DNA of 35,423 nucleotides from a virus (Duplodnaviria > Caudoviricetes). Below, piece by piece: positions 24,761 to 33,073 of the stretch; within the stretch, counting starts at the first letter, position 1; every line of letters begins with the position of its first letter. The stretch lies in IMG/VR virus record IMGVR_UViG_3300024325_000008, positions 1 to 35,423 of that record; one strand, written 5' to 3'. A model generated the notes under the pieces. The model ran no database searches. It had not been told where the DNA came from and saw only the letters and a program-made list of their open reading frames with translations. Position numbers and translations under genes: made by a program.

Positions 24761-26212
24761 TCATTGCCACATCCATGCATTCGGTGAACTCTCCAGATCG
24801 ACCTGTTGACGATTCGCCGCTTTCCGCGTGTCCCGCTCTAACGAGGTCTGTTGACCGGCACAGAAGTTCAGTTCGATGTTCTCAAGCGCGTGCATGACAT
24901 TGGCGAACTTGTCATCTTCTGCCGGCTGTCGGAGTTCCTTGTTGGCCACCGAAACGAAGTGCGGATCCCATACGTAGCCACCCTCAAAGGCATGATGCAC
25001 GAAGGGCGATTCTCGGTGCTCCTCTCGAGCCGCGATGATGAACCGTTTCGGATTCGTCTCCACACCGATCGATTCCTCGCCTCCGGCATTGCGTCGACGC
25101 AGATAAGCCGAGATGTTCTCGATCATTGCCAGGCGCACATCAGGAGAGTTCCCATTGTCCCGCCACTGCGCGGTGAAGCCATGCCGTCGAAGGATGTCCA
25201 GAGGCGTATAGCGTCTGCTCAGCGTCTGTTGCTGCTCACCCATCGGGGCTGTGCAGGTTTTGAAGACGGCTGATTTTGGGAACCAGTCTTGACGGCACTG
25301 TTTCACGAGCGGAAGGAAGTCCTCAAGGATGAGCGATTCTCCGATCATGCCTCCGAGAATCGCAATCCCTCCGCTATGCATGACCTGAGCGCAGACCCAC
25401 ACCGGCGTGTGCTTGCCAAATTCAAACGATTCTAGAATCGGCAACCGCTCTGAATAGGTGATTGGTCGCCAGTGAATCGCCTTTTGATAGAGCCCATCGT
25501 AGACAGGAACACCCGTGATGTTAGGCCCGCGCTGGCCCATAATCATCGTCAAGTGCTTCGGATGGTCACTCGGATACTGACGCAGCAGCGATTCAATGCT
25601 CTCCTGTGGCAGATGCTTGTTATCGAACACGGAGATGGAATGCACTTTCCGTCCCTTGATCCGATCACCATAGGGGAACTCACGCGACAGCCAGAACTCG
25701 TAGTCTGACGGATTCGCCACGAAGGTGAGCTGGAACGGATACCGATCATTGCGAAGTGTCGCCGTGAGATTCGGTCTGAGCCGGCCACGCAGTTCAGCGG
25801 CCACAGAGGGGCGCACTTCTTCGACCTGATCACCCATGATGCGCGAGACACCGAGGCCGCGAATCTTGTTGTATTCCTCGATCAGCGAATTTGCTTTCAG
25901 ACCAAAGGCGTAGGCGCTTGAGCCATTCGGCAGGACATAGCGTTTCTCTTTCGATTCCCATGACGTTTGCACGCCGCGAATCGCGCAGAGTTCATCAAAG
26001 GCGACTCGCAGTTTCGTGGTGGTCGCATCTTCGGTCCAGCGAAAAAGCAGGATTGGGATGCCTGGATATTTCAGGAGCGCTTCGATCTCCTTGTCGAGTG
26101 CCAGTGTCGTTTTCGCACAATTCAGGCTTCCCTCAATCAAAATTTCGGGGGTTCTCCAGTCGGCCCGTATACGCTGATGAATCGGCATGCCTTCCCAATC
26201 GAGTTCAGCCAC
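24761..26212 (-). CDS. terL: Terminase large subunit with deviant catalytic motifs
   Basis: ILIEGSLNCAKTT (Walker A-like), LPNGS, IRGLGVSRIMGDQVEE (Walker B-like), ELRGRLR, VANP, DNKHLP; C-domain ESFEFG and ANVMHALEN; upstream of the portal. Confidence 0.85.
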   Translation of the reverse strand: MAELDWEGMPIHQRIRADWRTPEILIEGSLNCAKTTLALDKEIEALLKYPGIPILLFRWTEDATTTKLRVAFDELCAIRGVQTSWESKEKRYVLPNGSSAYAFGLKANSLIEEYNKIRGLGVSRIMGDQVEEVRPSVAAELRGRLRPNLTATLRNDRYPFQLTFVANPSDYEFWLSREFPYGDRIKGRKVHSISVFDNKHLPQESIESLLRQYPSDHPKHLTMIMGQRGPNITGVPVYDGLYQKAIHWRPITYSERLPILESFEFGKHTPVWVCAQVMHSGGIAILGGMIGESLILEDFLPLVKQCRQDWFPKSAVFKTCTAPMGEQQQTLSRRYTPLDILRRHGFTAQWRDNGNSPDVRLAMIENISAYLRRRNAGGEESIGVETNPKRFIIAAREEHRESPFVHHAFEGGYVWDPHFVSVANKELRQPAEDDKFANVMHALENIELNFCAGQQTSLERDTRKAANRQQVDLESSPNAWMWQ

Positions 26213-26431
26213 AGTCAGACTCCTGGCGGAACGATGATCGGCGGTAACGCAGCCAGCCAGCGCACATACGCTTCATGTTCTTTCTTCGCATCGATTAGGG
26301 CTCCGACACTATCTGGCGTTCCATCTCCTCGGCACGCTGTCTAAAACTCAGTCCTCCGAAGGGTCTGCGCCGATCTTCGACATCAGCCACATAACGGAGC
26401 CCATTGATCTGCGATTGAAGCTCTTCTCGGC

Positions 26432-26644
26432 TCATGTCGGCTCCTGCTGTGAAGGTGGGGTGATCTGAGGCTCAACCCATGCTTCACAATGACATTCGTT
26501 GCACGCACCGGGCTTGTTGAAATCGTGGTCCAGCCCACTATGGCCGCAGGTGGCGCAACCTGCACGGCATTCATCGCACTCTGACGGATCGGACCAATGT
26601 CGGCAGAACGGACCGGATTCGTAGTCATCCCAATTCTCACTCAT
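26432..26644 (-). CDS. Small Cys/His-rich zinc-binding protein
   Basis: CRHW..C..C..CATCGH...H...C..C.C; AGGAG RBS. Confidence 0.6.
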   Translation of the reverse strand: MSENWDDYESGPFCRHWSDPSECDECRAGCATCGHSGLDHDFNKPGACNECHCEAWVEPQITPPSQQEPT

Positions 26645-26679
26645 GGCTACTCCTGATCTCTTGGGGCGATCTGAGGCGC

Positions 26680-27063
26680 TTATTTCGGAGGATTCAGTTT
26701 GCTGCACTCAGGGCAATCTTGAAGCTCGTCCTCTACTGCATAGCCATGCGAGCAGGATTGCGCCATCAACGTCTCGTAGTCATCGGCAGTTTCACGATTC
26801 AAGGCTACAAGCACGTCTTTACCTTTCTCGGTAAGCCACCCGCCACTCACCGAGCCGCCGTGCTCCGTGAGATCGAAATATTGCAGCGTATAGAGGAGCA
26901 GGTATTCGAGTCCGCTGTCTGGCACAAGTTGCTCGAATGCCTCGCGGTTCTCATAGAGCGGATGAAGTCCAAGCAGATCGCGCAGCCGTGCCGCCGCCTT
27001 TTCTGGCGAGCCGCATCCACAGAACCAGGGCTCAAGAAACACGCGCAGTTGTTGCCTTGTCAT
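26680..27063 (-). CDS. Hypothetical phage protein (FCGCGSP, EHGGSV.GGWLT.KG)
   Basis: ATGA overlap; winged-helix-like LTEKG ending. Confidence 0.65.
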   Translation of the reverse strand: MTRQQLRVFLEPWFCGCGSPEKAAARLRDLLGLHPLYENREAFEQLVPDSGLEYLLLYTLQYFDLTEHGGSVSGGWLTEKGKDVLVALNRETADDYETLMAQSCSHGYAVEDELQDCPECSKLNPPK

Positions 27064-27683
27064 TTCTTCTCCGTGGGGGCGATCTGAGGCGTGGAGGGGA
27101 GAGGCGAATCCTCTTCGTCAATCGATTCGATGTAGGCGACGGCCGTGATTGTCTTGCCGCAGCCGTGGCAGAACCGAGCATTGTTCTCGCTCGGCCCGCC
27201 GTCTAGGAATGTCCACGTCTCACCGCACGCTGATTCCCAATACTCGCCGCTGCTGTCCTCGGTCCATTTGCACCCCTCAGCCGTGGCCTCCGGGGCGCTC
27301 CCCGATTGGATAATCTTGTGCTTCGCTTCGTGCTGCATCCCGGCGTAGAACAGTTCGCTGTCTCTTGCTATCTGGGCATCAATCACGGCGTTTTCTTCTA
27401 GTGTGCAGACTTCACCATGATGCCTAGTAACGGCGCGTCTCCAAATCACAATGACAGAAGCAAAAAAACCGCTCGCCCTATACGGTCCATCAGTTATATG
27501 ACCGTCCTGCGGGCGCCTACCATCGATTGCGGCAATGTGTTTTCGTAGTTGCTCACGATATTCCGCTGTCGGCTGTGGGGGCTCGGTCGCGGTCGTGCTC
27601 CCGTGCGCGGACTGGGCGCGTGGAAGGTTTGATGGTTGTAGATGCTCTGGCAATCCCGCAAAACATTCGCTCATGTGAGTCAT
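27060..27683 (-). CDS. Hypothetical mosaic protein with C-terminal zinc ribbon
   Basis: CKW..WESACG...FCHGCGK; start inferred at ATG 27683. Confidence 0.55.
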   Translation of the reverse strand: MTHMSECFAGLPEHLQPSNLPRAQSAHGSTTATEPPQPTAEYREQLRKHIAAIDGRRPQDGHITDGPYRASGFFASVIVIWRRAVTRHHGEVCTLEENAVIDAQIARDSELFYAGMQHEAKHKIIQSGSAPEATAEGCKWTEDSSGEYWESACGETWTFLDGGPSENNARFCHGCGKTITAVAYIESIDEEDSPLPSTPQIAPTEKK

Positions 27684-27712
27684 TCCTGTTCGCTCCCGTG
27701 CGCCGAATGTGG

Positions 27713-28246
27713 CTAATTGTCGAACCAAAAGACGATGCGAACATCTTCGGGGCCACCAAGGGACTTCAACACGTCGAGATGCTTGAAATAATGCTCACCG
27801 AGAAATTTGCGCAATGATTCTCGGGTGCCCAGTTCATGCTCTGTCTCTAGTGCCGTCGCCGCACCGTTCCAGTAGTTTGGCCCTTCCTGCCGCGTATAAC
27901 GGCGGTCCCACACTTGCGCGTCATAATCTGGAGTCGTCAACTCTCCGAGCGCCAGCCATGACCACGAATGTCCGTCACCGTCCCAGTCTTCAGTCTTCTC
28001 GCGAACCGCTGGCGATAGATCGACGGGGAGTCCTTTCGGATCACTCAGGGGTGGGATGGCGCTGTAATTCCTGACACCAGCGAGAAACCCGAAGACGCCG
28101 TAGTTCCGCACGTTGTAGAACTCATCGCTGTGCGATTTCTTGTGGTACTCGGACGCCCAGTTGTCGAGTGGAAACACCTCGCCCACCTTCTGCCATGAAC
28201 CGTCTGGCTGACGTGTCTCCGCGAACGCGTGAATATCACATCCCAT
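27713..28246 (-). CDS. Conserved phage protein (MGCDIH...RIVFWFDN family)
   Basis: Characteristic terminal motifs plus RNY..FGFLAGVRN; GGAGG RBS. Confidence 0.8.
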   Translation of the reverse strand: MGCDIHAFAETRQPDGSWQKVGEVFPLDNWASEYHKKSHSDEFYNVRNYGVFGFLAGVRNYSAIPPLSDPKGLPVDLSPAVREKTEDWDGDGHSWSWLALGELTTPDYDAQVWDRRYTRQEGPNYWNGAATALETEHELGTRESLRKFLGEHYFKHLDVLKSLGGPEDVRIVFWFDN

Positions 28247-28439
28247 TGCTGCCTCCTGCATCTCGGCTCCCGTGCGCTGAACGCCAGCGAGAGAGCAGGG
28301 CTTCAACTTCAGCCCATGTCACCCATGCGCCGTTAGCGTCTTCCACGAGTCGGAAATAACCCAGCGATGCGCCCTCGCTGGTGATGGTGTAACGATGAAT
28401 CTTCTGCCGTGCCTCTGCCGTCAGGACGCCGTCAGTCAT
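28236..28439 (-). CDS. Hypothetical protein
   Basis: GGAGG RBS before MTDGVL; G.WV...EV motif. Confidence 0.5.
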   Translation of the reverse strand: MTDGVLTAEARQKIHRYTITSEGASLGYFRLVEDANGAWVTWAEVEALLSRWRSAHGSRDAGGSNGM

Positions 28440-28535
28440 GGACCTGCCTCCATTTGCGATGCGTAGACGCTCCATCTCCTCATGATTGCCACTGGCCGCG
28501 CTCGCTCGTCCCGCCCTCGACGCCCTCTGGAGGAG

Positions 28536-28724
28536 TCATGGCTTCCTTAATTTGTGCTTCAATAACATTTCATAGGCGTGTGAGATACCAAGCCAATAGC
28601 CTCGATCAAACTGCCCTTTCAGCAGTAGTAACTTCCCGCGAGCCGCTCGCGCTTCCGTCCGACAGAACCGCCTCAGCGCAAGGCGTTGAGACTGGCCGCC
28701 ATCGACGCCCTCCCGGTTACTCAT
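28536..28724 (-). CDS. Hypothetical protein
   Basis: Fills the operon gap; basic, helical. Confidence 0.45.
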   Translation of the reverse strand: MSNREGVDGGQSQRLALRRFCRTEARAARGKLLLLKGQFDRGYWLGISHAYEMLLKHKLRKP

Positions 28725-28727
28725 GGC

Positions 28728-29129
28728 CTATACCTCTTGAATGACGATGCCACTCTGTAGCTCCAGCCATTTTTTTTTCAAAAGATACATCTGCGTCCGC
28801 TTGCCTTTCGCATCGAGCACATGCGTCATCCCATTCGCTTCATAGACGAAATCAGCGATGTAGTGCGCAACCACGAACCGCATCGTTGGCTTCAGGCAAT
28901 CAGGACAACACAACTCGAATCGCACTTGCCGGCGAAGTCCGGTAATCTCTCCAAGGCTCTCACGCGCTTTCAAGAGCAGCCAATAATCCGCTTCACGTCT
29001 AGAATCGAATTGCTGCCCGTCCGCGATCGTCTTCACATTGCGATACTTGGATGGCTTCACCGCTTGCTGTTTGTTCGTGAGCCTCGCCACATCCGCAGAC
29101 GTGACATCTGCCCAGCCTCGAGTGGCCAT
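28728..29129 (-). CDS. DUF1064-family PD-(D/E)xK endonuclease
   Basis: SKYRNVKT..DG..FDSRREA..W..L, RQVRFEL, YIADFVY, DAKG..TQMY.LKKK. Confidence 0.88.
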   Translation of the reverse strand: MATRGWADVTSADVARLTNKQQAVKPSKYRNVKTIADGQQFDSRREADYWLLLKARESLGEITGLRRQVRFELCCPDCLKPTMRFVVAHYIADFVYEANGMTHVLDAKGKRTQMYLLKKKWLELQSGIVIQEV

Positions 29130-29134
29130 TAGCT

Positions 29135-29446
29135 TTACTTCTCGCGATTCAGTGCCACACAACCATAGGCGGTTGAATGGATCGATCCATTCGCCTTCAG
29201 AACTTGCAAGACGATCTGTAGGTCGATACGTGGCATCCCCACCTTCTGTCGCAGCTCCTTGATGGGCCACGATTCGCGATCAGCCAGTAAGGCCATGACG
29301 CGCTCTCGTTCTTGCCGACGATTATGTCTGATTGGCGGCAAGAGGATCGCTTCAGCCGGATCTGGAACATGCGCGGGATAGACACACAGCAAATCCGCAT
29401 CAGCGTTCTTGTGACTCCCACCCCAGACGATGATAAATTCATTCAT
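29135..29446 (-). CDS. Winged-helix DNA-binding protein
   Basis: WPIKELRQKVGMPRIDLQIVLQVLKANGSI; ATGA overlap. Confidence 0.6.
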   Translation of the reverse strand: MNEFIIVWGGSHKNADADLLCVYPAHVPDPAEAILLPPIRHNRRQERERVMALLADRESWPIKELRQKVGMPRIDLQIVLQVLKANGSIHSTAYGCVALNREK

Positions 29447-29784
29447 GCGAGCCTCCAGCGCGTGCGCCGTGTGGTGTGTGCTTTCCCGCTCGCATCGGTG
29501 AAATGATGTGCGTCGAATCCATCTGCGATGAACATCGGCTCGAGCCCGGCTTGGCGCCGGAGTTTCTCGATCCCATTTCGCACGCTGTTCACGGAGCAGA
29601 GTTGGCATTTCAGCAGCGCTGCGGCTTCCTGATCGGTCAGTGCGCCAGCCTGATTGATCAACTGGAGATAGGCACTCTGGCGTGCGGTCCATGTCGCTTC
29701 AGCGGCCTTGGCGCCAGTCCATGAGGCATGCCTTGCCATTGTGGTATTGCCGGCGAATGGAAGCGAGATATTCCGCAGCATCAT
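29443..29784 (-). CDS. Winged-helix DNA-binding protein
   Basis: GALTDQEAAALLKCQLCSVNSVRNGI; ATGA overlap. Confidence 0.65.
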   Translation of the reverse strand: MMLRNISLPFAGNTTMARHASWTGAKAAEATWTARQSAYLQLINQAGALTDQEAAALLKCQLCSVNSVRNGIEKLRRQAGLEPMFIADGFDAHHFTDASGKAHTTRRTRWRLA

Positions 29785-29876
29785 GGTCCAAGTTTTACAA
29801 TCGCAAGCAAAGCGACTACCGCAACAACAATAATCAGTGCGATATGCGCTCTGAATTGCCATGCTTCTAAGTCCAT
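29781..29876 (-). CDS. 31-aa single-TM peptide
   Basis: Read by hand: MDLEAWQFRAHIALIIVVAVVALLAIVKLGP; TAATG and ATGA coupling. Confidence 0.6.
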   Translation of the reverse strand: MDLEAWQFRAHIALIIVVAVVALLAIVKLGP

Positions 29877-30007
29877 TAATGAATCTCCCAGCCTGGAGAA
29901 TCGTGATCGCAAGTGACGCAATGGAGCGAGAGTCGATCCCATGTGAAGATCAGCACCCAATCATGGCCGCGCCAGCCGCACCATAGACGACGCAGATGAT
30001 TCGTCAT
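29876..30007 (-). CDS. 43-aa zinc-binding peptide (C..GH.W...C..C)
   Basis: Read by hand: MTNHLRRLWCGWRGHDWVLIFTWDRLSLHCVTCDHDSPGWEIH; coupled at both ends. Confidence 0.65.
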   Translation of the reverse strand: MTNHLRRLWCGWRGHDWVLIFTWDRLSLHCVTCDHDSPGWEIH

Positions 30008-30402
30008 GAAAACTCCAGTCGACCGTCAGCACCGCTCTCGGTCAATGCTCGAATCGTCAGCCTCGGATAGTCCCGCCCGTCGTAGCGGTCATGGTGGAGT
30101 CTGCACAACATCAGGCTATGCGTCGTACGGTGCCGCTGTTCGGGCTTCATTCCGCGTGTCTTCGCTCGCGTGCCGTCTCCGAGGTGCGCCCACTGTGATG
30201 GACCTTCGCACGCATCAACGGCAGACCTGACCGTCCATGTGTCATCGTTGAACCCCATCACAGCACGCCCCATACGGCAGTAGCCGTCGCGGTCATCGCA
30301 TTGCTGCCTAACACGCTTCGCCACTGGTCCCTCGGCTCTCCGTCGCTTAGCGCGGTATCTCGAGGTTGGACCGGGCTTCTTCCGCTTGAAATTTTGAGTC
30401 AT
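30004..30402 (-). CDS. HNH-like nuclease (nin-region type)
   Basis: RDGYC...CEG..QWAHL...LMLCRLHH..YD. Confidence 0.65.
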   Translation of the reverse strand: MTQNFKRKKPGPTSRYRAKRRRAEGPVAKRVRQQCDDRDGYCRMGRAVMGFNDDTWTVRSAVDACEGPSQWAHLGDGTRAKTRGMKPEQRHRTTHSLMLCRLHHDRYDGRDYPRLTIRALTESGADGRLEFS

Positions 30403-30643
30403 CCAGTTTCACCGTCGTAATCAACTTCGATCCGGCCCGTCCATCGCGCCAGCCAATCCACACCAGTTGATTCGTCTTCTGCGCTCGTTCACAGAGTGAG
30501 GCATGCAGGTCGTTGATGGTCAGCACCTTGAGAACTCGCGGCTGTTCTTCCACGGTTGTGCCGCGCACAATCCAGACCGGCTTGCCTCCAGCCACGCCTT
30601 CCCAAGCATCCACCAGATCAACGCGAAGCAGATCCATCGGCAT
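30347..30643 (-). CDS. Hypothetical protein
   Basis: TGATG-coupled start (MPMDLLRV); 3' end overlaps the next gene. Confidence 0.5.
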   Translation of the reverse strand: MPMDLLRVDLVDAWEGVAGGKPVWIVRGTTVEEQPRVLKVLTINDLHASLCERAQKTNQLVWIGWRDGRAGSKLITTVKLDDSKFQAEEARSNLEIPR

Positions 30644-30954
30644 CAGCGCACCCGCTCGACAATGCCTTGCCAGCCCTGTGGACATGTATCGCACATGAAG
30701 TGATCGATCTTGAAGCGAATCGAGCCGCCGTTCCAGCCGTCGTAGCACTCGCCGCCGATAGCTTTCGTCGCTGGTCCGCCGCATGTCTTGCAGAGTGGCC
30801 GACATTCGCGTGTGCGCCAGTGAGCATCAAGGCCGGTTCGCACATGGACCCATGTATCGCCGTCATGCACGATGGGTTCGCGGCAATAGTCGCAAATCAC
30901 GGAAGGCCGCGTCTTTGCAACCGCCGACAGTTCATCGAGCGATAGGCCCGTCAT
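30643..30954 (-). CDS. Cys-rich hypothetical protein
   Basis: CDYC...WVH...C..CKTC...CDTC; ATGA overlap. Confidence 0.55.
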   Translation of the reverse strand: MTGLSLDELSAVAKTRPSVICDYCREPIVHDGDTWVHVRTGLDAHWRTRECRPLCKTCGGPATKAIGGECYDGWNGGSIRFKIDHFMCDTCPQGWQGIVERVR

Positions 30955-31121
30955 CGCTTCGCCTTGAGCTTCATGACGGCATTCAGTGTGGCGCGTTGTC
31001 CCTCTTCCTGATGGTCCAGCGCTCGAGCGCCACCAAAGAAGATCCATGCGAACAACGTCCCACCAAGACCGGAGAGCATCACGCAGCCGACACCCCACCA
31101 GAAAATCTCAAGGTCAGTCAT
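30951..31121 (-). CDS. 56-aa single-TM protein
   Basis: Read by hand: MTDLEIFWWGVGCVMLSGLGGTLFAWIFFGG...KLKAKR; AAGGAG RBS. Confidence 0.6.
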   Translation of the reverse strand: MTDLEIFWWGVGCVMLSGLGGTLFAWIFFGGARALDHQEEGQRATLNAVMKLKAKR

Positions 31122-31389
31122 TGCCATGCTCCTTCAAGAGATATTCATCGACTGCTTTTTCGATGAACTGCAGCACTTTCTCACTGAATCGATAGTCGGA
31201 CATCCCTATCGGTGCAAACATATTGCGCCGCTCCAAGCTCGTGGCATCGACGGCATGGTCACAGAAGCAATCCGAAGCTTCACTGTTGTTGTAATGCTCT
31301 GTCGCGACTCTCGTCGCCAATCGGCACAACCGCGTCACCACATCATTCGGCATGAGCCTCTCATGCTCTTTTGCATCAAGAAAACTCAT
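31114..31389 (-). CDS. Hypothetical protein (SDCFC motif)
   Basis: ATGA overlap. Confidence 0.6.
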   Translation of the reverse strand: MSFLDAKEHERLMPNDVVTRLCRLATRVATEHYNNSEASDCFCDHAVDATSLERRNMFAPIGMSDYRFSEKVLQFIEKAVDEYLLKEHGND

Positions 31390-32021
31390 CGCAGTTTCTC
31401 CACGATTTCAGGATTCAATTCCATCGCGAGCGCGATGATGGGCTGCACACTACTCAGCGATAACTCCGCATAGTAGAAGTTCCGAAGCACGATGGCGATG
31501 CGGTTGATGACGGCGATATTGTCCTGATACATATCGCGGCTATGTTCTAGTTCTTCAATGCGTGTATTGAGCACACTAAGGCTACGACGGAGCAGTGCGT
31601 TCTCCTCTGAAAGTTTTGTTTCTCCTCGCGAGAGCATCGATTCGAGGAGCGCATTGCGACCTTTCATGTCATGCAATTCCTTGCATTCCTGGATGAGGCG
31701 TTCGTTATCGCGCTGCTCTTTTTGCACGAGCGCATTCAGTGCGCGAATCTGCGAGGTCAGGATGGAGAGTTCATCATCGCTCTTGACGGCCACGGTGTCG
31801 GCCATTGTGCGTTCCGCCGCCAGCCGTTCCTGAAACTTCGCCGCCGTGCGCTGCGCAATCCGCACCGCTTCTGACTCGAAGGCTTCCGCCGCCGCCATCT
31901 TAGGGGCGCTGTAAGGCATCGCCACGTTCTGCATCATCTGAGCTTCTTCCAGATGATGCGCACAGATATGGTGCGCTTCTCGGTCACAGCCACACAGTAA
32001 TGCGCTCATGTGTTTCTCCAT
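31386..32021 (-). CDS. Coiled-coil protein with N-terminal CGC..C..H motif
   Basis: Long heptad-rich segment; start may be ATG 32009. Confidence 0.65.
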   Translation of the reverse strand: MEKHMSALLCGCDREAHHICAHHLEEAQMMQNVAMPYSAPKMAAAEAFESEAVRIAQRTAAKFQERLAAERTMADTVAVKSDDELSILTSQIRALNALVQKEQRDNERLIQECKELHDMKGRNALLESMLSRGETKLSEENALLRRSLSVLNTRIEELEHSRDMYQDNIAVINRIAIVLRNFYYAELSLSSVQPIIALAMELNPEIVEKLR

Positions 32022-32027
32022 GCGCGA

Positions 32028-32056
32028 ATCCTAAATCAGGAAGCGTTACGTGTCAA
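32028..32056 (-). promoter_or_regulatory. Sigma70-type promoter TTGACA-17-TAGGAT
   Basis: Perfect -35, 17-nt spacer and near-consensus -10; embedded in the 3' end of 32036..32185. Confidence 0.7.
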
Positions 32057-32185
32057 CTGTTCTTTTAGCCAGCGCTTTTTGCGGTTCTCTGCGAGCGTGC
32101 GGCGAGCGGTCTCTGACTTGAGTTTGCTCTTGACGCTGCCGCCTTTTCGCCCGAGCGCGACGGCATGTGGATTCTTTCGTTTCAT
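32036..32185 (-). CDS. 49-aa basic KGG-motif protein (KNPHAVALGRKGG)
   Basis: Read by hand: MKRKNPHAVALGRKGGSVKSKLKSETARRTLAENRKKRW...; TAATG coupling. Confidence 0.75.
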   Translation of the reverse strand: MKRKNPHAVALGRKGGSVKSKLKSETARRTLAENRKKRWLKEQLTRNAS

Positions 32186-32463
32186 TAGCTTTTAGCCTTC
32201 GGATAGTGTGGCATCCAGAGTTGCTCTAACTCGGCGCCTTCTGGAGTCTCAGCGAATGCCGTGAGCATCGTCGCGGCATCGTCAAACAGCGATTGCACGC
32301 AACACGGACAATCTTCTGGAATCAATTGCACCCAAGCCGTCTTGAAGTCTTCCGATTCAAATCTCAAGGCCAGCGCTTTGAGTTGCTTAATCACCTGCGA
32401 TGGCCGCTCGCTGCTTGGATTTCCGCTCAGTTCAAGTTCGTCAGTCATTAGTCGCTCGCCCAC
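32185..32463 (-). CDS. Hypothetical protein
   Basis: In operon; start may be ATG 32448. Confidence 0.55.
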   Translation of the reverse strand: MGERLMTDELELSGNPSSERPSQVIKQLKALALRFESEDFKTAWVQLIPEDCPCCVQSLFDDAATMLTAFAETPEGAELEQLWMPHYPKAKS

Positions 32464-32855
32464 TTCATCGGCTTCCCTGCACAGCCGATCAGATTCCGCA
32501 GACCGAAGGCAGTTCCAGACGCGGCACCCAGGCCCATCGCGATCTTCGTCGCGGTTTCCAATCGTGGATGGTGCGTCCTCTTTGCGACGTAAAGAACCGT
32601 GCTCAACGATCCGATGGTGAGCGCGTTGAACGCCCAGCCCCTGCCTACGTCATAGCGCTGATCAGGCCTGGTGAGCATCGGATTGTTTTCAAAGCACGAG
32701 CGCGTGTGATTGTCGAAATACCATGAGGACAGATGGTCGCCAGCGAGCTGTCCGGCGCTCTCTAGGGCGGTCCATTTCAGCGTGTCACGAAACGGAGTCG
32801 CTGCGATCGGATTCGCGGACATCAGCACGAACAGAGACGCGAAGATGGTTCTCAT
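32448..32855 (-). CDS. Membrane/exported protein with E-x-NP motif
   Basis: Signal-like N-terminus, CFENNPML, two further hydrophobic segments. Confidence 0.6.
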   Translation of the reverse strand: MRTIFASLFVLMSANPIAATPFRDTLKWTALESAGQLAGDHLSSWYFDNHTRSCFENNPMLTRPDQRYDVGRGWAFNALTIGSLSTVLYVAKRTHHPRLETATKIAMGLGAASGTAFGLRNLIGCAGKPMKWASD

Positions 32856-33073
32856 TCGTCGCCTTTCACATGACTCTGCGCTTCCAATCGAGCTAGGTTT
32901 TCGATGGATGCGTATTCTGATTTCATGTCAAGCAATCGCTGAAGTCGTTCCACTTCACCGATCAGAAATTTCGTATCATCAACCCATACCACTCGTGGAA
33001 GGCCAACTGGCTCACCGAGCCCGCGTGAGTAATGCTCGCGCATGCGCTGTTTGATTTGTTCCAGTTCAGTCAT
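32852..33073 (-). CDS. Hypothetical protein (ELEQIKQR...D..FLIGEVERL)
   Basis: Common small phage early-gene pattern; ATGA overlaps. Confidence 0.65.
   Translation of the reverse strand: MTELEQIKQRMREHYSRGLGEPVGLPRVVWVDDTKFLIGEVERLQRLLDMKSEYASIENLARLEAQSHVKGDE

Noticed and set aside
21143-26212. Inteins in portal or terminase
   Set aside because: No intein terminal or LAGLIDADG motifs seen; portal length is explained by its coiled-coil tail.
28770-28778. A9 run (minus strand) as a programmed frameshift
   Set aside because: It encodes the conserved LKKK motif of DUF1064 and the frame is intact.
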